In this document: one piece after another, positions 20,019-29,753 of the stretch
Layout of the letters: every line of letters starts with the position of its first letter
How positions within the stretch are numbered: the stretch's first letter is position 1
Assembly: GCA_001890965.1 (NCBI GenBank)
Contig: MLAY01000008.1
Location: 488,341 to 552,340, forward strand
DNA length: 64,000 nt
DNA from: a marine bacterium AO1-C
Lineage (GTDB): Bacteria > Bacteroidota > Bacteroidia > Cytophagales > Microscillaceae
Reading direction: 5' to 3'
Notes under the pieces: generated by a model
Told to the model about the DNA's origin: nothing
Database searches by the model: none
Seen by the model: only the letters and a program-made list of their open reading frames with translations
Program-made: the position numbers and the translations under genes

Positions 20019-20105
20019 ATAGGTTAGGTATTGGGGTAAAGTTTATGTATTTTGGAAGTATCCCAACCCAAGATACCCATTCAAACTTACCCAATTATAT
20101 TTTAT

Positions 20106-21059
20106 ATGACTGATCAAATTAAAGACAAAATCCGTGGAGTTATTTTTGGCCAGGCTATTGGAGATGCCATTGGCCTTGGCACCGAATTTATGACTCAGGC
20201 AATGGTTAAGCATTATTACCCTGATGGCCTCACCGAGTATACCCAAATATTGCAAGACAAACATCGAAAACGCTGGAAACCAGGCGAATGGACAGACGAT
20301 ACCAATCAAATGTTGTGCATTTTGGATAGTATTTTAGCTACCAAAAGAGTAGATGTCAAAGATATTGCGCTCACTCTGGTAGACTGGGCCCACCATGATG
20401 GGCGTGGTTTAGGTCGTACGGTATATTCAGTGTTAGGATCTCCTATTTTTATGCAAAGCCCTCACGAAGCTGCCAAAAACTATTGGGAAAAGTCTAACCG
20501 ATATGCTGCCGCTAATGGAGCTGTCATGCGTACGTCGGTACTGGGCATTTGGGAATATAACAAGCCCGAAAAAATTAGAATCAATGCCACCAAAGTTTGT
20601 AAAATCACCCATTACGATCCTCGCTGTGTAGGTTCTTGTGTCATGGTTTGTTTGGTGATTAGTCACTTGCTACAAGGCAAAACTGATTTGGAGTTGGTTA
20701 GTAAATTATTGACTGAAGGTGATATTTTTGATCAACGTATTCGTCCTTTTTTACAAGAACATGTACGCCCTAATATAGCCGCTCTCAATTTGAGCGATCA
20801 GGAAAGCATTGGCTATACCCTCAAAGCCTTAGGAGCTGGTCTTTGGGCCTTGCAATATGCTATTTCGTTTGAATCAGGCATTTCTACTATTATTCATGAA
20901 GGAGGCGATGCCGATACCAATGCCTCAGTAGCAGGAGCTATTTTAGGAGCCCGGTTTGGGTATGAAGCTTTACCTATTCATTGGAAAGATAACCTACATC
21001 GCAAAGACTGGTTGATGGAACAAACAAATCAGCTTATTGCCCTGATGGAAGCTGCATAG
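20106..21059 (+). CDS. ADP-ribosylglycohydrolase family protein
   Basis: GVIFGQAIGDAIGLGTEF near the N-terminus and GGDADTNASVAGAILGARFG near the C-terminus. Start placed at the ATG at 20106 (MTDQIKDK). Confidence 0.8.
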   Translation: MTDQIKDKIRGVIFGQAIGDAIGLGTEFMTQAMVKHYYPDGLTEYTQILQDKHRKRWKPGEWTDDTNQMLCILDSILATKRVDVKDIALTLVDWAHHDGRGLGRTVYSVLGSPIFMQSPHEAAKNYWEKSNRYAAANGAVMRTSVLGIWEYNKPEKIRINATKVCKITHYDPRCVGSCVMVCLVISHLLQGKTDLELVSKLLTEGDIFDQRIRPFLQEHVRPNIAALNLSDQESIGYTLKALGAGLWALQYAISFESGISTIIHEGGDADTNASVAGAILGARFGYEALPIHWKDNLHRKDWLMEQTNQLIALMEAA

Positions 21060-21747
21060 GGACTATCTCACGATGGATATTATTGGTAAAATACACCGTT
21101 TCGCGGCTTTGCCGTTCTTCAAAGTAGCTTTGGTATTGCCAATCATAGTCTATCCGAGAATTGATCACGTCTCCGTAAACATTGTGCATCCCCATCACCA
21201 AATCGGTAATTTCGCGCACGGCAAACTGCCCACTTTGGCTACCAGTGATATAGTCACACAATTGATTATCACGAGCAAAATCCATCAATAACGGGCTGGC
21301 CGCTCTACGTACCATAAAACGTAGGCCACAAATTCGGGCCATTGGGAAATCGTTTACATCATCGAAACAACAAGCGATTTGGTAAGGCTCCAGATCGTTC
21401 ATTTCACAAAAGTGCTCAATGGCTCGGCTTTTATCGTGAATACGGGAATATACCGCATAAAAATGTTCTCTCTGGGCAAACTGAATGGCAGTGGGGTTAT
21501 TGGCCCCGGTAATAATGGCTACAGCCATTTGTTCCTCATCGTTTTTTCGCCAATAGCTATAGCGCATCATATTGGTACCCATAGAATCGGCTTCGGTAAA
21601 GGAGCTAGATACCCCTACTCCTTTAGCCCCCAGGCTAAAAACACCGTCCCAATCGAATACAAATGCTTTGATATCTATTAGTTTTTCGGCAATTTTTTCG
21701 GCTGCCAGCACAAATTCTCCCCCAAAAGATTCAAATTGTTTTTTCAC
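21034..21747 (-). CDS. HAD-superfamily hydrolase-like protein
   Basis: Motif I FVFDWDGVF near the N-terminus. The 3' end overlaps the convergent ADP-ribosylglycohydrolase gene by 26 nt. Confidence 0.4.
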   Translation of the reverse strand: MKKQFESFGGEFVLAAEKIAEKLIDIKAFVFDWDGVFSLGAKGVGVSSSFTEADSMGTNMMRYSYWRKNDEEQMAVAIITGANNPTAIQFAQREHFYAVYSRIHDKSRAIEHFCEMNDLEPYQIACCFDDVNDFPMARICGLRFMVRRAASPLLMDFARDNQLCDYITGSQSGQFAVREITDLVMGMHNVYGDVINSRIDYDWQYQSYFEERQSRETVYFTNNIHREIVPMQLPSGQ

Positions 21748-21939
21748 AATAATGTGCAGTTTTGGTTTGGGCCAAAGTTAGGAAAAAGTACAAGGAAAGT
21801 TGAAAGGAGAAGTATGAAAAGATATATTTTAAAAACCTGTGTTTCATTTAGATTAAACACAAAATGACTAAAATCTTAAACCAACCTTTCAAAATCACAG
21901 TATACTCATTATTTAATCACAATAAACATAATCTAAACA

Positions 21940-22323
21940 ATGAATAGTACCCACACCCGATCAAACCTCTTTAAAATTATTACCCTTGCCTTCTTTATTA
22001 CGGTTTCATTCAATGGTTTTGCCCAGTATTATCAGGGAATGACAGAACAAGAAAAAGCCGAATTACAAGCCAAAGCTGAAGCAGATGAAAAAAAGCGGCA
22101 AGAGCAAGCAGCTAAAGAACAAGCCGAAACTATTCGTGTAGGAGGTTTGCTAGCGCTTGGCCTCATTTCATTTATTTGCTTATTCATTTTCTTGAATATG
22201 AGAAAGGTCAAGAAAAACTCCTGGGGCAAAGTAGAAGTAAAACAACGCCCTATTAAAGGATACGCAGATGGCATGGGGCAATCTGGAAATGGAGGCTACG
22301 GAGGCTCTGATATGCATCTTTAA
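21940..22323 (+). CDS. Hypothetical protein with signal peptide, charged coiled region and one transmembrane helix
   Basis: Signal peptide, KAELQAKAEADEKKRQEQAAKEQAE stretch, a transmembrane helix and a Gly-rich tail. Confidence 0.35.
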   Translation: MNSTHTRSNLFKIITLAFFITVSFNGFAQYYQGMTEQEKAELQAKAEADEKKRQEQAAKEQAETIRVGGLLALGLISFICLFIFLNMRKVKKNSWGKVEVKQRPIKGYADGMGQSGNGGYGGSDMHL

Positions 22324-22586
22324 GTCAAAATATATTCATTTTAAACTTTATGATGGTTGACTTCTCGATTGAGAGGTCAACCAATCTTTTGTCATTCTAT
22401 TCTACCCCTACATTCTTGTCTAAAATAACTATCACATATCTCTAATGACAATAACAAAGGTTCATCCAAGGAAAAGGTAGTAGCATCTTTGGAGGTTTCA
22501 GACGGTCATTAGTCTCATCATCTTACACCTCTTTTTAACTTTTTCAGTCATTTTTTTGATGTTGAAAAAAAAAGAATGCATATTTG

Positions 22587-22600
22587 TATCGTGCACGATA
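22587..22600. promoter_or_regulatory. Perfect 14-bp palindrome TATCGTGCACGATA upstream of ohr (candidate OhrR operator)
   Basis: Self-complementary 14-mer about 45 bp upstream of the ohr start. Followed by the direct repeat ACGATATAA at 22595-22603 and 22610-22618. Confidence 0.4.
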
Positions 22601-22644
22601 TAATCACAAACGATATAAATTAAAACATTCAAAAAACAACGCAT

Positions 22645-23067
22645 ATGAAAGCATTATATGAAGCTCAAGCAACCGCTACGGGTGGTCGCGCTCACGGAAA
22701 AGTAAAATCATCGGATGGTGTATTAGATTTAGAATTACGCATGCCAAAATCATTAGGTGGAACTGGGGGCGCATTTACCAATCCTGAACAATTATTCGCG
22801 GCAGGGTATTCTGCTTGTTTCGACAGTGCCTTAAATCACGTGGCGCGTTTGCAAAAAATCACCTTGAAAGACACTGAAGTAACCGCAACAGTAGGCATTG
22901 GCGCCTTAGAAGGTGGTGGATTTGGTCTGGAGGTTGCCTTAGATGTAAGAATCCCTCACGAAGACCGAACTGTGGCCGAAAAACTATTGCATGCTGCTCA
23001 CCAGGCTTGCCCTTATTCTAATGCTACCCGAGGAAACATCGAAGTAAAACTGACTTTATTAGATTAA
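22645..23067 (+). CDS. ohr: Organic hydroperoxide resistance protein (OsmC/Ohr family)
   Basis: Two conserved Cys contexts (AAGYSACFDSAL and AHQACPYSNATRGNIEV) in an approximately 140-aa protein. Confidence 0.85.
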   Translation: MKALYEAQATATGGRAHGKVKSSDGVLDLELRMPKSLGGTGGAFTNPEQLFAAGYSACFDSALNHVARLQKITLKDTEVTATVGIGALEGGGFGLEVALDVRIPHEDRTVAEKLLHAAHQACPYSNATRGNIEVKLTLLD

Positions 23068-23153
23068 ATTTTAGTCGGTAGTTCATATTTGACAGCCCAT
23101 AGTCGATTGCTTTTATTAATTTTGAGGTGTAAAACTCTAACAAGCGATAGACT

Positions 23154-23627
23154 ATGGACTCAATAACTATGGATCAAGACGAACTTTTAAAATTAGATAA
23201 CCAGATTTGTTTCCCTCTGTATGTAGCCTCTCGGCTCATTACTCGCGCTTATCAGCCAATGCTGGACGACATGGGAATTACCTATCCCCAATATTTGGTA
23301 TTGCTCACGCTTTGGGAAAACGATGGTCAAACCGTAAACCAAATCTCTCAGGGGTTATATCTCAATACCAACACCATTACTCCTTTGCTCAAAAGGATGG
23401 AAAAAACAGGGATTATTGCTCGTACCCGTTCTAAAGAAGATGAACGAAAGGTATTAATCACTCTTACCGAACAAGGCAAGACGCTAAAAGAAAAGGCCTA
23501 TTGTATTCCAGACGAGATTTTGGCCAAAACCGGAAAGCAAGCCTCTGAAATAGTTCAACTTAAAAAACAACTCCATGCACTTATACAGCAAATGGAGCAG
23601 ATTGAAAAGGATACCGCTCCACATTAA
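23154..23627 (+). CDS. ohrR: MarR-family regulator (OhrR-like)
   Basis: Reactive N-terminal Cys (ICFPLYVASR) and a MarR winged helix. Adjacent to ohr. Confidence 0.75.
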   Translation: MDSITMDQDELLKLDNQICFPLYVASRLITRAYQPMLDDMGITYPQYLVLLTLWENDGQTVNQISQGLYLNTNTITPLLKRMEKTGIIARTRSKEDERKVLITLTEQGKTLKEKAYCIPDEILAKTGKQASEIVQLKKQLHALIQQMEQIEKDTAPH

Positions 23628-23831
23628 ACAATGCTTCTATTTTTTGCATAAACCGCTGATATATTCCGAAAAACTCGCTTATACCATAAGAATTCGAGCT
23701 TTTTTATCGTTAAACAATTCCTAATCCCTCGACTTTAGTAATTAAATCTATTATTTTTAGAAAAAAAAAAATTTACTCTAAGCAACCTTTCTTATAGGCA
23801 TTATTGTACTGATGTTGAAACTTGAGAAAAT

Positions 23832-24398
23832 TTGAACCCATCAGAAACACATATTAGCGATCTGGTCAAGGGGTGCAGGAAAAAGGATGTAAAATCCCAA
23901 GAAGCGCTATACAAGCACTTCTATGCCTACGCTCTAAGCATTTGTATGCGTTATACCACCAATTACGACGAAGCAATGGAGGTAATGAATGACGGTTTTA
24001 TGCGAATTTTTAAGAAAATAAAACTGTACAATTCAGACTATCCTTTCAAATCGTGGTTGCGGCGTATTATGATCAACGTGGCGCTCAATAACCAAAAAAA
24101 ATACCTGAAGCATAAGCAAAATCAGGAGATTGAGCAAGCCACCGATAAACATGCAGTAGATGATACCTACACTCAGGTACAATACAAAGAACTAGTAGCA
24201 CTCGTTCAGAAATTGTCACCAGGTTATCGTGCAGTATTCAACTTGTATGTTATTGATGGTTACACCCACGAGGAAATTGCTGATATTTTAAAAATTTCAG
24301 TAGGTACTTCAAAGTCAAATTTATCAAAAGCCAGAGCAAACCTGAGGAAGTTGCTCAGTGAACATTATGAAGAAGATTATGCAAGATATGCCCGATAG
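23832..24398 (+). CDS. ECF-subfamily RNA polymerase sigma-70 factor
   Basis: Region 2 (FKSWLRRIMINVALN) and region 4 (YTHEEIADILKISVGTSKSNLSKARANLRKLL). Confidence 0.85.
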   Translation: MNPSETHISDLVKGCRKKDVKSQEALYKHFYAYALSICMRYTTNYDEAMEVMNDGFMRIFKKIKLYNSDYPFKSWLRRIMINVALNNQKKYLKHKQNQEIEQATDKHAVDDTYTQVQYKELVALVQKLSPGYRAVFNLYVIDGYTHEEIADILKISVGTSKSNLSKARANLRKLLSEHYEEDYARYAR

Positions 24399-25839
24399 GG
24401 AGTTGGACGAGTTGTTCAAAACCGCGGCTGACAATGTGCAGTACGATTTTGAGCAAGCCGCCTGGCAAGACCTGCAACAAAAAATGCGGGGAGGCTGGTG
24501 GTCCAGGAGGGGTATATACTGGGGTAGCGGATTGTTGTTGTTATTAGGGGTAATTTTTACTGTTTTTTGGTTGAATCAACCCAAAAGAGTATCACCTAAC
24601 GGTATTCAGCAAAGTGCCTTATCTCAATTTTTACCTGATTATAGCACTCAAAAATATCCTACTCAACTCGGTCAATTACCAAGTCAAACGAAAACTGATA
24701 CGAAAAATATACAAGGTATACCAAGTCAGAAGGATCGAACCCAGAAAATTCAGTCTAATAATACTGGTTCTATCACACCAAAGGTAAATCAAACCCCTGT
24801 TGTTAGAACTCCTGCTAAAGTAAATACGTCTAAACGCACTGGTCAGCCCTTTAAGCATTCGTCGAGGAACGTAAATCCATTACAAATACAAAATCAACCC
24901 CTTACGACGAGATCAAATGGGCAAAAGGTAGTAACGACTACTAAAAAGCCAGGATATCATTACAATGATATATTCAATCCAAAGGTAAAAGTTACCAATG
25001 GTCAGAAAACTGACCCTAAAAGAGGTGAAAAGCTGGGAGCCAATCAAGTAAAGAATAACGGCAAACCTGCTAAGAATACCTCCTCTGATAAGGATAAAAA
25101 CGTAGTGGTACTCACACCACCTCGCCAAATGGGCAAGGTAGAACGTGTAGAAGCAAAACATAGTTACGAGAAGCAAACCTTTTTGCCACCAATGGCTCAA
25201 AAGACTGTAGTACTTTCGGCGAATGAAAACCAGGCACAAACCATTCGTCCTGGAAGAAAATTCAGCCTTATTGCCCAGGTATCACCCGATTTGAGTATGG
25301 TAGATCAGGTAGCATTGAGTGATACCCGATTAGGTTTTGGTTTACTAGTGGAATATGAAGTTATCAAAAACTTAAGTATTAGTACTGGGGCTAATTATTC
25401 TTTCAAGGCTTATAAGGCAAATGCAGAATCGTATACGCCAAAGAATGGGGAGTGGCGATGGCCTACTTCTCCTGAAAACATAGATGCTACTTGTAACGTG
25501 CTGGAAATCCCTCTAAATATTCGTTACTATTTTCATAATCAGTCCAAGCATCGTTTGTTTATTAGTTCAGGAGTTTCGTCTTATTGGATGTTGAACGAAA
25601 TGTATAACTATACTTATTCAACTCGTACGCAATGGAATTATTCCTGGGAATTGAATAATGAGAATCAACATATGCTCAGTATTCTCAATCTCTCGATTGG
25701 TTGGCAAAAAAAGCTCAACAATCGCTTTAGTATCCAGGCTGAACCATTTCTTAAATTACCTTTGGGTAAAGTAGGTGGTGGTCAGGTAAACCTAAAAACC
25801 ACTGGAATACTACTAGGGCTAAAATATGACTTGTTTTAG
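24367..25839 (+). CDS. Putative anti-sigma factor-like membrane protein with a C-terminal beta-barrel (porin-like) domain
   Basis: Overlaps the sigma gene's 3' end. Short cytoplasmic N-terminus, one transmembrane helix, a Lys/Thr/Gln-rich linker, and a C-terminus with alternating aromatic/hydrophobic beta-strand pattern ending in YDLF. Start is ambiguous (candidate ATGs at 24367, 24379 or 24388). Confidence 0.5.
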   Translation: MKKIMQDMPDRELDELFKTAADNVQYDFEQAAWQDLQQKMRGGWWSRRGIYWGSGLLLLLGVIFTVFWLNQPKRVSPNGIQQSALSQFLPDYSTQKYPTQLGQLPSQTKTDTKNIQGIPSQKDRTQKIQSNNTGSITPKVNQTPVVRTPAKVNTSKRTGQPFKHSSRNVNPLQIQNQPLTTRSNGQKVVTTTKKPGYHYNDIFNPKVKVTNGQKTDPKRGEKLGANQVKNNGKPAKNTSSDKDKNVVVLTPPRQMGKVERVEAKHSYEKQTFLPPMAQKTVVLSANENQAQTIRPGRKFSLIAQVSPDLSMVDQVALSDTRLGFGLLVEYEVIKNLSISTGANYSFKAYKANAESYTPKNGEWRWPTSPENIDATCNVLEIPLNIRYYFHNQSKHRLFISSGVSSYWMLNEMYNYTYSTRTQWNYSWELNNENQHMLSILNLSIGWQKKLNNRFSIQAEPFLKLPLGKVGGGQVNLKTTGILLGLKYDLF

Positions 25840-25870
25840 ATTTGTGTGAATTTTCAATATCTATTCTAAA

Positions 25871-25912
25871 CGCTGATTGAGTACCTAAAACGCTCAATCA
25901 GCGTTTTTTTTA
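25871..25912. terminator. Bidirectional terminator with a perfect 11-12-bp stem
   Basis: cgctgattgag-(loop)-ctcaatcagcg followed by tttttttt. Sits between convergent genes. Confidence 0.6.
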
Positions 25913-25922
25913 TATCAAAAGG

Positions 25923-26393
25923 TTATTTGTTACAAGTCGGGAATGATTTAGTAACTGTAGCTATAATTTTATCAAATCGTTTTTTCTCACTGGGCAAATA
26001 ATCAAAATAGACCGTAATCAAGAGGTCTTTTCGCAGCACAGTTTTTTGGTAAAAAATCCGCTCTTTATCCCAACCTGATACTACATAAGAATTCTTAAAT
26101 AATGCTTTATAGGTAACTTTCTTACCTTCTTGAGCCATTGCATAATCTTTCTTTAAGCCTCGTCCAGGCATTTGCCAGGAACCAAACGTCAACAGGCGCC
26201 CTGCTTTATTAGCCATCATAAAAGATCGCCCATCTCCATTGGCAGGAGCCATACCTTTGGTAAAAATGTGTGGATACAATACACAAAAGTCGAAGCGTTG
26301 ATTATGATAGGTATTATAACCTTTGGGAGCTTGTGCAAAACCACTGAACGAAATACAAGCGACCAGCAATGTAAATAAGTATTTTTTCATCAT
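25923..26393 (-). CDS. Hypothetical secreted protein
   Basis: Signal peptide MMKKYLFTLLVACISFSGFAQA. No recognised domain. Confidence 0.4.
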   Translation of the reverse strand: MMKKYLFTLLVACISFSGFAQAPKGYNTYHNQRFDFCVLYPHIFTKGMAPANGDGRSFMMANKAGRLLTFGSWQMPGRGLKKDYAMAQEGKKVTYKALFKNSYVVSGWDKERIFYQKTVLRKDLLITVYFDYLPSEKKRFDKIIATVTKSFPTCNK

Positions 26394-26437
26394 AGAGTTT
26401 CTTTATAATTTCTAGCAATAACGTAAAAACCGCTCAT

Positions 26438-27652
26438 TTATGCAGTTTTAGCCTTTCTACGTTTGAGTTCTTTTTTTACCAGCTCATATTCACGATTGCT
26501 TTGTCCCGCAATGGCGGTATTTTCTTGAGCCCGACGAAAAAGATAAGGCATTACATCTTGTACTGTGCCATAGGGTACATATTTCAACACATTGAAACCA
26601 GCCTTGGCCAGATTAAAGGTAATGTTGTCGCTCATTCCATACAATTGCCCAAAAAACACCCGAGAATCGCCAGCAGCTATTCCAAGCTTTTGAGTAAGTT
26701 GAGCAATGTGATAGCAACTTTGTTCATTATGGGTTCCTGCAAATAAGGCCAAATGCTCCAGATTTTGCAGACAAAAATCTACTGCCTTGTTGTACATGTC
26801 GTCGGTCGCATTTTTGTCAGAATTTAGAGGATCTTCATAACCATTAGCATTGGCTCGGTTACGTTCTTTCTCTACATAAGCCCCTCTTACCACTTTGGCA
26901 CCTAAGCGATATCCACCAGATTTAGCCTTTTCTAATGATTGTTGCAAAAACGTTAAGCCTCGCTTTAGGTACATTTGGTAGGTATTGTATACAATGATTT
27001 GCTCTCGATTGTATTGATCCATCATGGCATCAGCTACCGCATCAATTGGATCTTGAATCCAGGTTTCTTCGGCATCTATCAAGATCTTCACGTTGTGTTC
27101 ATAGCCAGCAGCACAAATAGCATCTACCCGATCTTTGGCTTTTTCCCAGGCAAGTTCTTCCGCTTCGTTTAGTGGTTGCTGGTTTTGAATCTTTTCTAAC
27201 AAAGCAAAAGAGGCAATTCCAGTCAGCTTGAAAGCGGCAAAGGGTACTGCTTCTCGTTGTGAAGCAAAACGAATATAACGAAGCATTTCTTCGGTAGCTT
27301 TGTCATACTCTGCATCAGTGGCTTTGCCTTCTACCGAATACCCCAACAAAGCATATACCTTAGATTGCCACAGTTGGTCTACAAAGTGGGCACATTCTGA
27401 CAAGGTTTCTCCCCCACAAAAATGACGGTATAAAGTATTCTTTACGGTATTTTTTATCCTCCCCCAATGCAGCGTTTTACCAATCATTTTGGTACCCATG
27501 CCTACCAACCAGGGATAGTTCATCATTTGATAAATGCGGTGAGTAAGCTTGAGGGCTTTTTGGTCTTTAGCCGCAAATGCTATGGCTGTATTGTCAAAAG
27601 ATAGGGCTTCTATAGATGAGGAAGCATTTGTTTTTTCGGGACGATTATTCAT
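26438..27652 (-). CDS. Proline dehydrogenase family protein
   Basis: TIM-barrel PRODH motifs (ILIDAEETWIQD, VRGAYVEKE, LFAGTHNEQS). Confidence 0.75.
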   Translation of the reverse strand: MNNRPEKTNASSSIEALSFDNTAIAFAAKDQKALKLTHRIYQMMNYPWLVGMGTKMIGKTLHWGRIKNTVKNTLYRHFCGGETLSECAHFVDQLWQSKVYALLGYSVEGKATDAEYDKATEEMLRYIRFASQREAVPFAAFKLTGIASFALLEKIQNQQPLNEAEELAWEKAKDRVDAICAAGYEHNVKILIDAEETWIQDPIDAVADAMMDQYNREQIIVYNTYQMYLKRGLTFLQQSLEKAKSGGYRLGAKVVRGAYVEKERNRANANGYEDPLNSDKNATDDMYNKAVDFCLQNLEHLALFAGTHNEQSCYHIAQLTQKLGIAAGDSRVFFGQLYGMSDNITFNLAKAGFNVLKYVPYGTVQDVMPYLFRRAQENTAIAGQSNREYELVKKELKRRKAKTA

Positions 27653-27782
27653 GTAAGGTTACTGTCAGTTTTTTAACAAAAATAAGATTTTACTTCAGAT
27701 TACCTATATTCGATACCCAGAATGTAACCTAAGATATTTTTTTTGAGTATGCATATTAGAATTATACAATCAAACTAACTCA

Positions 27783-28391
27783 ATGAATCATTATCAACGC
27801 CTTGGCGTGACCAAGGAATCCACTCTGGAAGAAGTAGAACAAGCTTATCACAGTCGCCTTCAGGAATACAAAACACAAGCCGAGCAAGGAGTCATTATTG
27901 ACAAAGAAGCAGAAACTGCATTAGAAAAATCCTATCAGGTAATTACAAACTATATATTAGATGCCCAGAGGAAGAAAATTCCACAAGGAATAAAGTTCTT
28001 ATTAATGGTGATTGCAGGAGCGGTGATTGTACTCAGTCCCATTTTATTGGTTGATGTGTTTGATAATCCAGCATTTTTTGTACTGATTCCAGTGTTCTTT
28101 GTACTATTGATCTTATTAAATATAGTAATAAACACTCGTAGGCTTCGTAAAAATAATGGTGGTAAGCTATATCGCCCCAATACTACCGAAAACAGAAAAA
28201 AGAGTAGACAAAGTATTATTTGGATCGTAAGTATTTTGGCTGGTGTCTATTTTTTGGGCTACACATTGGGTGAAGAAACCATTGATAACACTTCAGATTA
28301 TGTAGAGCTAGCGATTGGTATACTTGCGGCATGTGGAGGTTTGTTTATGTTAGTGAAGGATTGGTTGATATATCGCAAAAACAACAATTAA
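27783..28391 (+). CDS. Membrane protein with a degenerate J-domain-like N-terminus (no HPD), paralog 1 of 3
   Basis: HYQRLGVTKESTLEEVEQAY...QEYKTQAEQG resembles a J-domain helix II/III with the HPD replaced. Transmembrane helices follow. Confidence 0.5.
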   Translation: MNHYQRLGVTKESTLEEVEQAYHSRLQEYKTQAEQGVIIDKEAETALEKSYQVITNYILDAQRKKIPQGIKFLLMVIAGAVIVLSPILLVDVFDNPAFFVLIPVFFVLLILLNIVINTRRLRKNNGGKLYRPNTTENRKKSRQSIIWIVSILAGVYFLGYTLGEETIDNTSDYVELAIGILAACGGLFMLVKDWLIYRKNNN

Positions 28392-28439
28392 TACAAGTAA
28401 TTACTTGTACACATCACATCGTAACTCCTATTACAATTT

Positions 28440-29237
28440 ATGACCTATTACCAGATATTAGAAGTAAGTGAACAGGCTAATCAGGAAGAAATCAAAGAAG
28501 CTTTTAAGAAATTAAGAATCAAATACGAAGCAGAGAATAACCTGCATCAGTTACAAAGATTGCGAGAGGCCTATCGAGCATTATTGCCTAAGCCCGAAGT
28601 CAAGAAAAATAAAGCAGGTTTCAATGCTTTGTTATTAACATTGGGAGTTGCTCTGGCCATACTTGTCCCTCATCTGTTAGTTATCTCATTTGATAATCCT
28701 CAGTTTTATTGGTTATGGTTTGTCTACATTGTGCTGATGATTACTTACTTGTTGGTATCCTCTATCATCAAGTTGCTACTTTTTGTGTTTAGTGGAGAGG
28801 TAAAGGGTTTTAGCAAAAGAACAAACATTACCCAGCGAGATAGATTGAATCGCAAACGTACCATTTCTGCTTTTCTACTAATAGCTCAAGTAATTCCCGT
28901 TACTGTCATTTTATGGAGCTTTGTACCCGATACCGACTTAGCCGCACTTGCCGGGGCAAGCATCGCATTTTATATAAGTATTGGCATTGCTTTGTATGAC
29001 CCTATCACTTCTATGATTGCCGCTCGCAGAGGCAAATCGGTCTCTAAAAAAGCTGGCCGTAAAGCATTAATATTAAGTATGGTTATTCTGGCATTTGTGT
29101 TCGGATATTTTGCTCAATATTTACCTGAAGAAATGCAGATTGGTGATCCACGAGTGGTCATCGCAGTCATCTTCAGCTTCCTGACCTGCTCTATTATTAG
29201 TTTGATGCTAGAGTTATGGAAAATGGCCAAAAGATAA
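28440..29237 (+). CDS. Membrane protein with a degenerate J-domain-like N-terminus (no HPD), paralog 2 of 3
   Basis: TYYQILEVSEQANQEEIKEAFKKLRIKYEAENN...REAYRALL, followed by several transmembrane helices. Confidence 0.5.
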   Translation: MTYYQILEVSEQANQEEIKEAFKKLRIKYEAENNLHQLQRLREAYRALLPKPEVKKNKAGFNALLLTLGVALAILVPHLLVISFDNPQFYWLWFVYIVLMITYLLVSSIIKLLLFVFSGEVKGFSKRTNITQRDRLNRKRTISAFLLIAQVIPVTVILWSFVPDTDLAALAGASIAFYISIGIALYDPITSMIAARRGKSVSKKAGRKALILSMVILAFVFGYFAQYLPEEMQIGDPRVVIAVIFSFLTCSIISLMLELWKMAKR

Positions 29238-29256
29238 ACCTAAATAAACCCTCTAT

Positions 29257-29727
29257 ATGACTTATTACGAAACATTAGGCGTAAGCCCCAAAGCTACTTT
29301 AGAAGAAATTACAAAGGCTTACCAAACACTCACTAAAAAATTTCAGGAATTTGGTGAATCATCAAGCTCTGATAAATTTATACAGCTTAATAAAGCCTAC
29401 GAAATATTGTCGAACGACAATACTCGCAAAACTTATGATATACACATTGATGATCCTAATAATGAGAAAAAGGTGGGAGAACGAGTAAAAAAAACTCGGA
29501 AAAAAAGTGGTACTTATGACAATCGCAATGTTATCAGCATTTTGATTTTATTGTCTATCATACTTGGCATCTTCTTATCTTTTGCATTTGCTTCTTCTTA
29601 TTTCCTGTTACTTCCAGTAATTACTGCCCTTATTGGCATCATTAGTCTTTGGCGCTCTGGTAAAGTAGCTAAAGATAAGGTGAGCAGAAAAAGCATTATT
29701 AGGGGAATTATCGATTTGCTTGATTGA
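29257..29727 (+). CDS. Membrane protein with a degenerate J-domain-like N-terminus (no HPD), paralog 3 of 3
   Basis: TYYETLGVSPKATLEEITKAYQTLTKKFQEFGES...NKAYEILSNDNTRKTYD is clearly J-like but QEF replaces the HPD. Two transmembrane helices follow. Confidence 0.55.
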   Translation: MTYYETLGVSPKATLEEITKAYQTLTKKFQEFGESSSSDKFIQLNKAYEILSNDNTRKTYDIHIDDPNNEKKVGERVKKTRKKSGTYDNRNVISILILLSIILGIFLSFAFASSYFLLLPVITALIGIISLWRSGKVAKDKVSRKSIIRGIIDLLD

Positions 29728-29753
29728 TAAAATTAAATCAAGCGTAATATTGA

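Noticed and set aside
27783-29727. Annotating the three genes as DnaJ/co-chaperones.
   Set aside because: All three lack the HPD tripeptide and the Gly/Phe and zinc-finger regions. Only a J-like helical N-terminus is retained.
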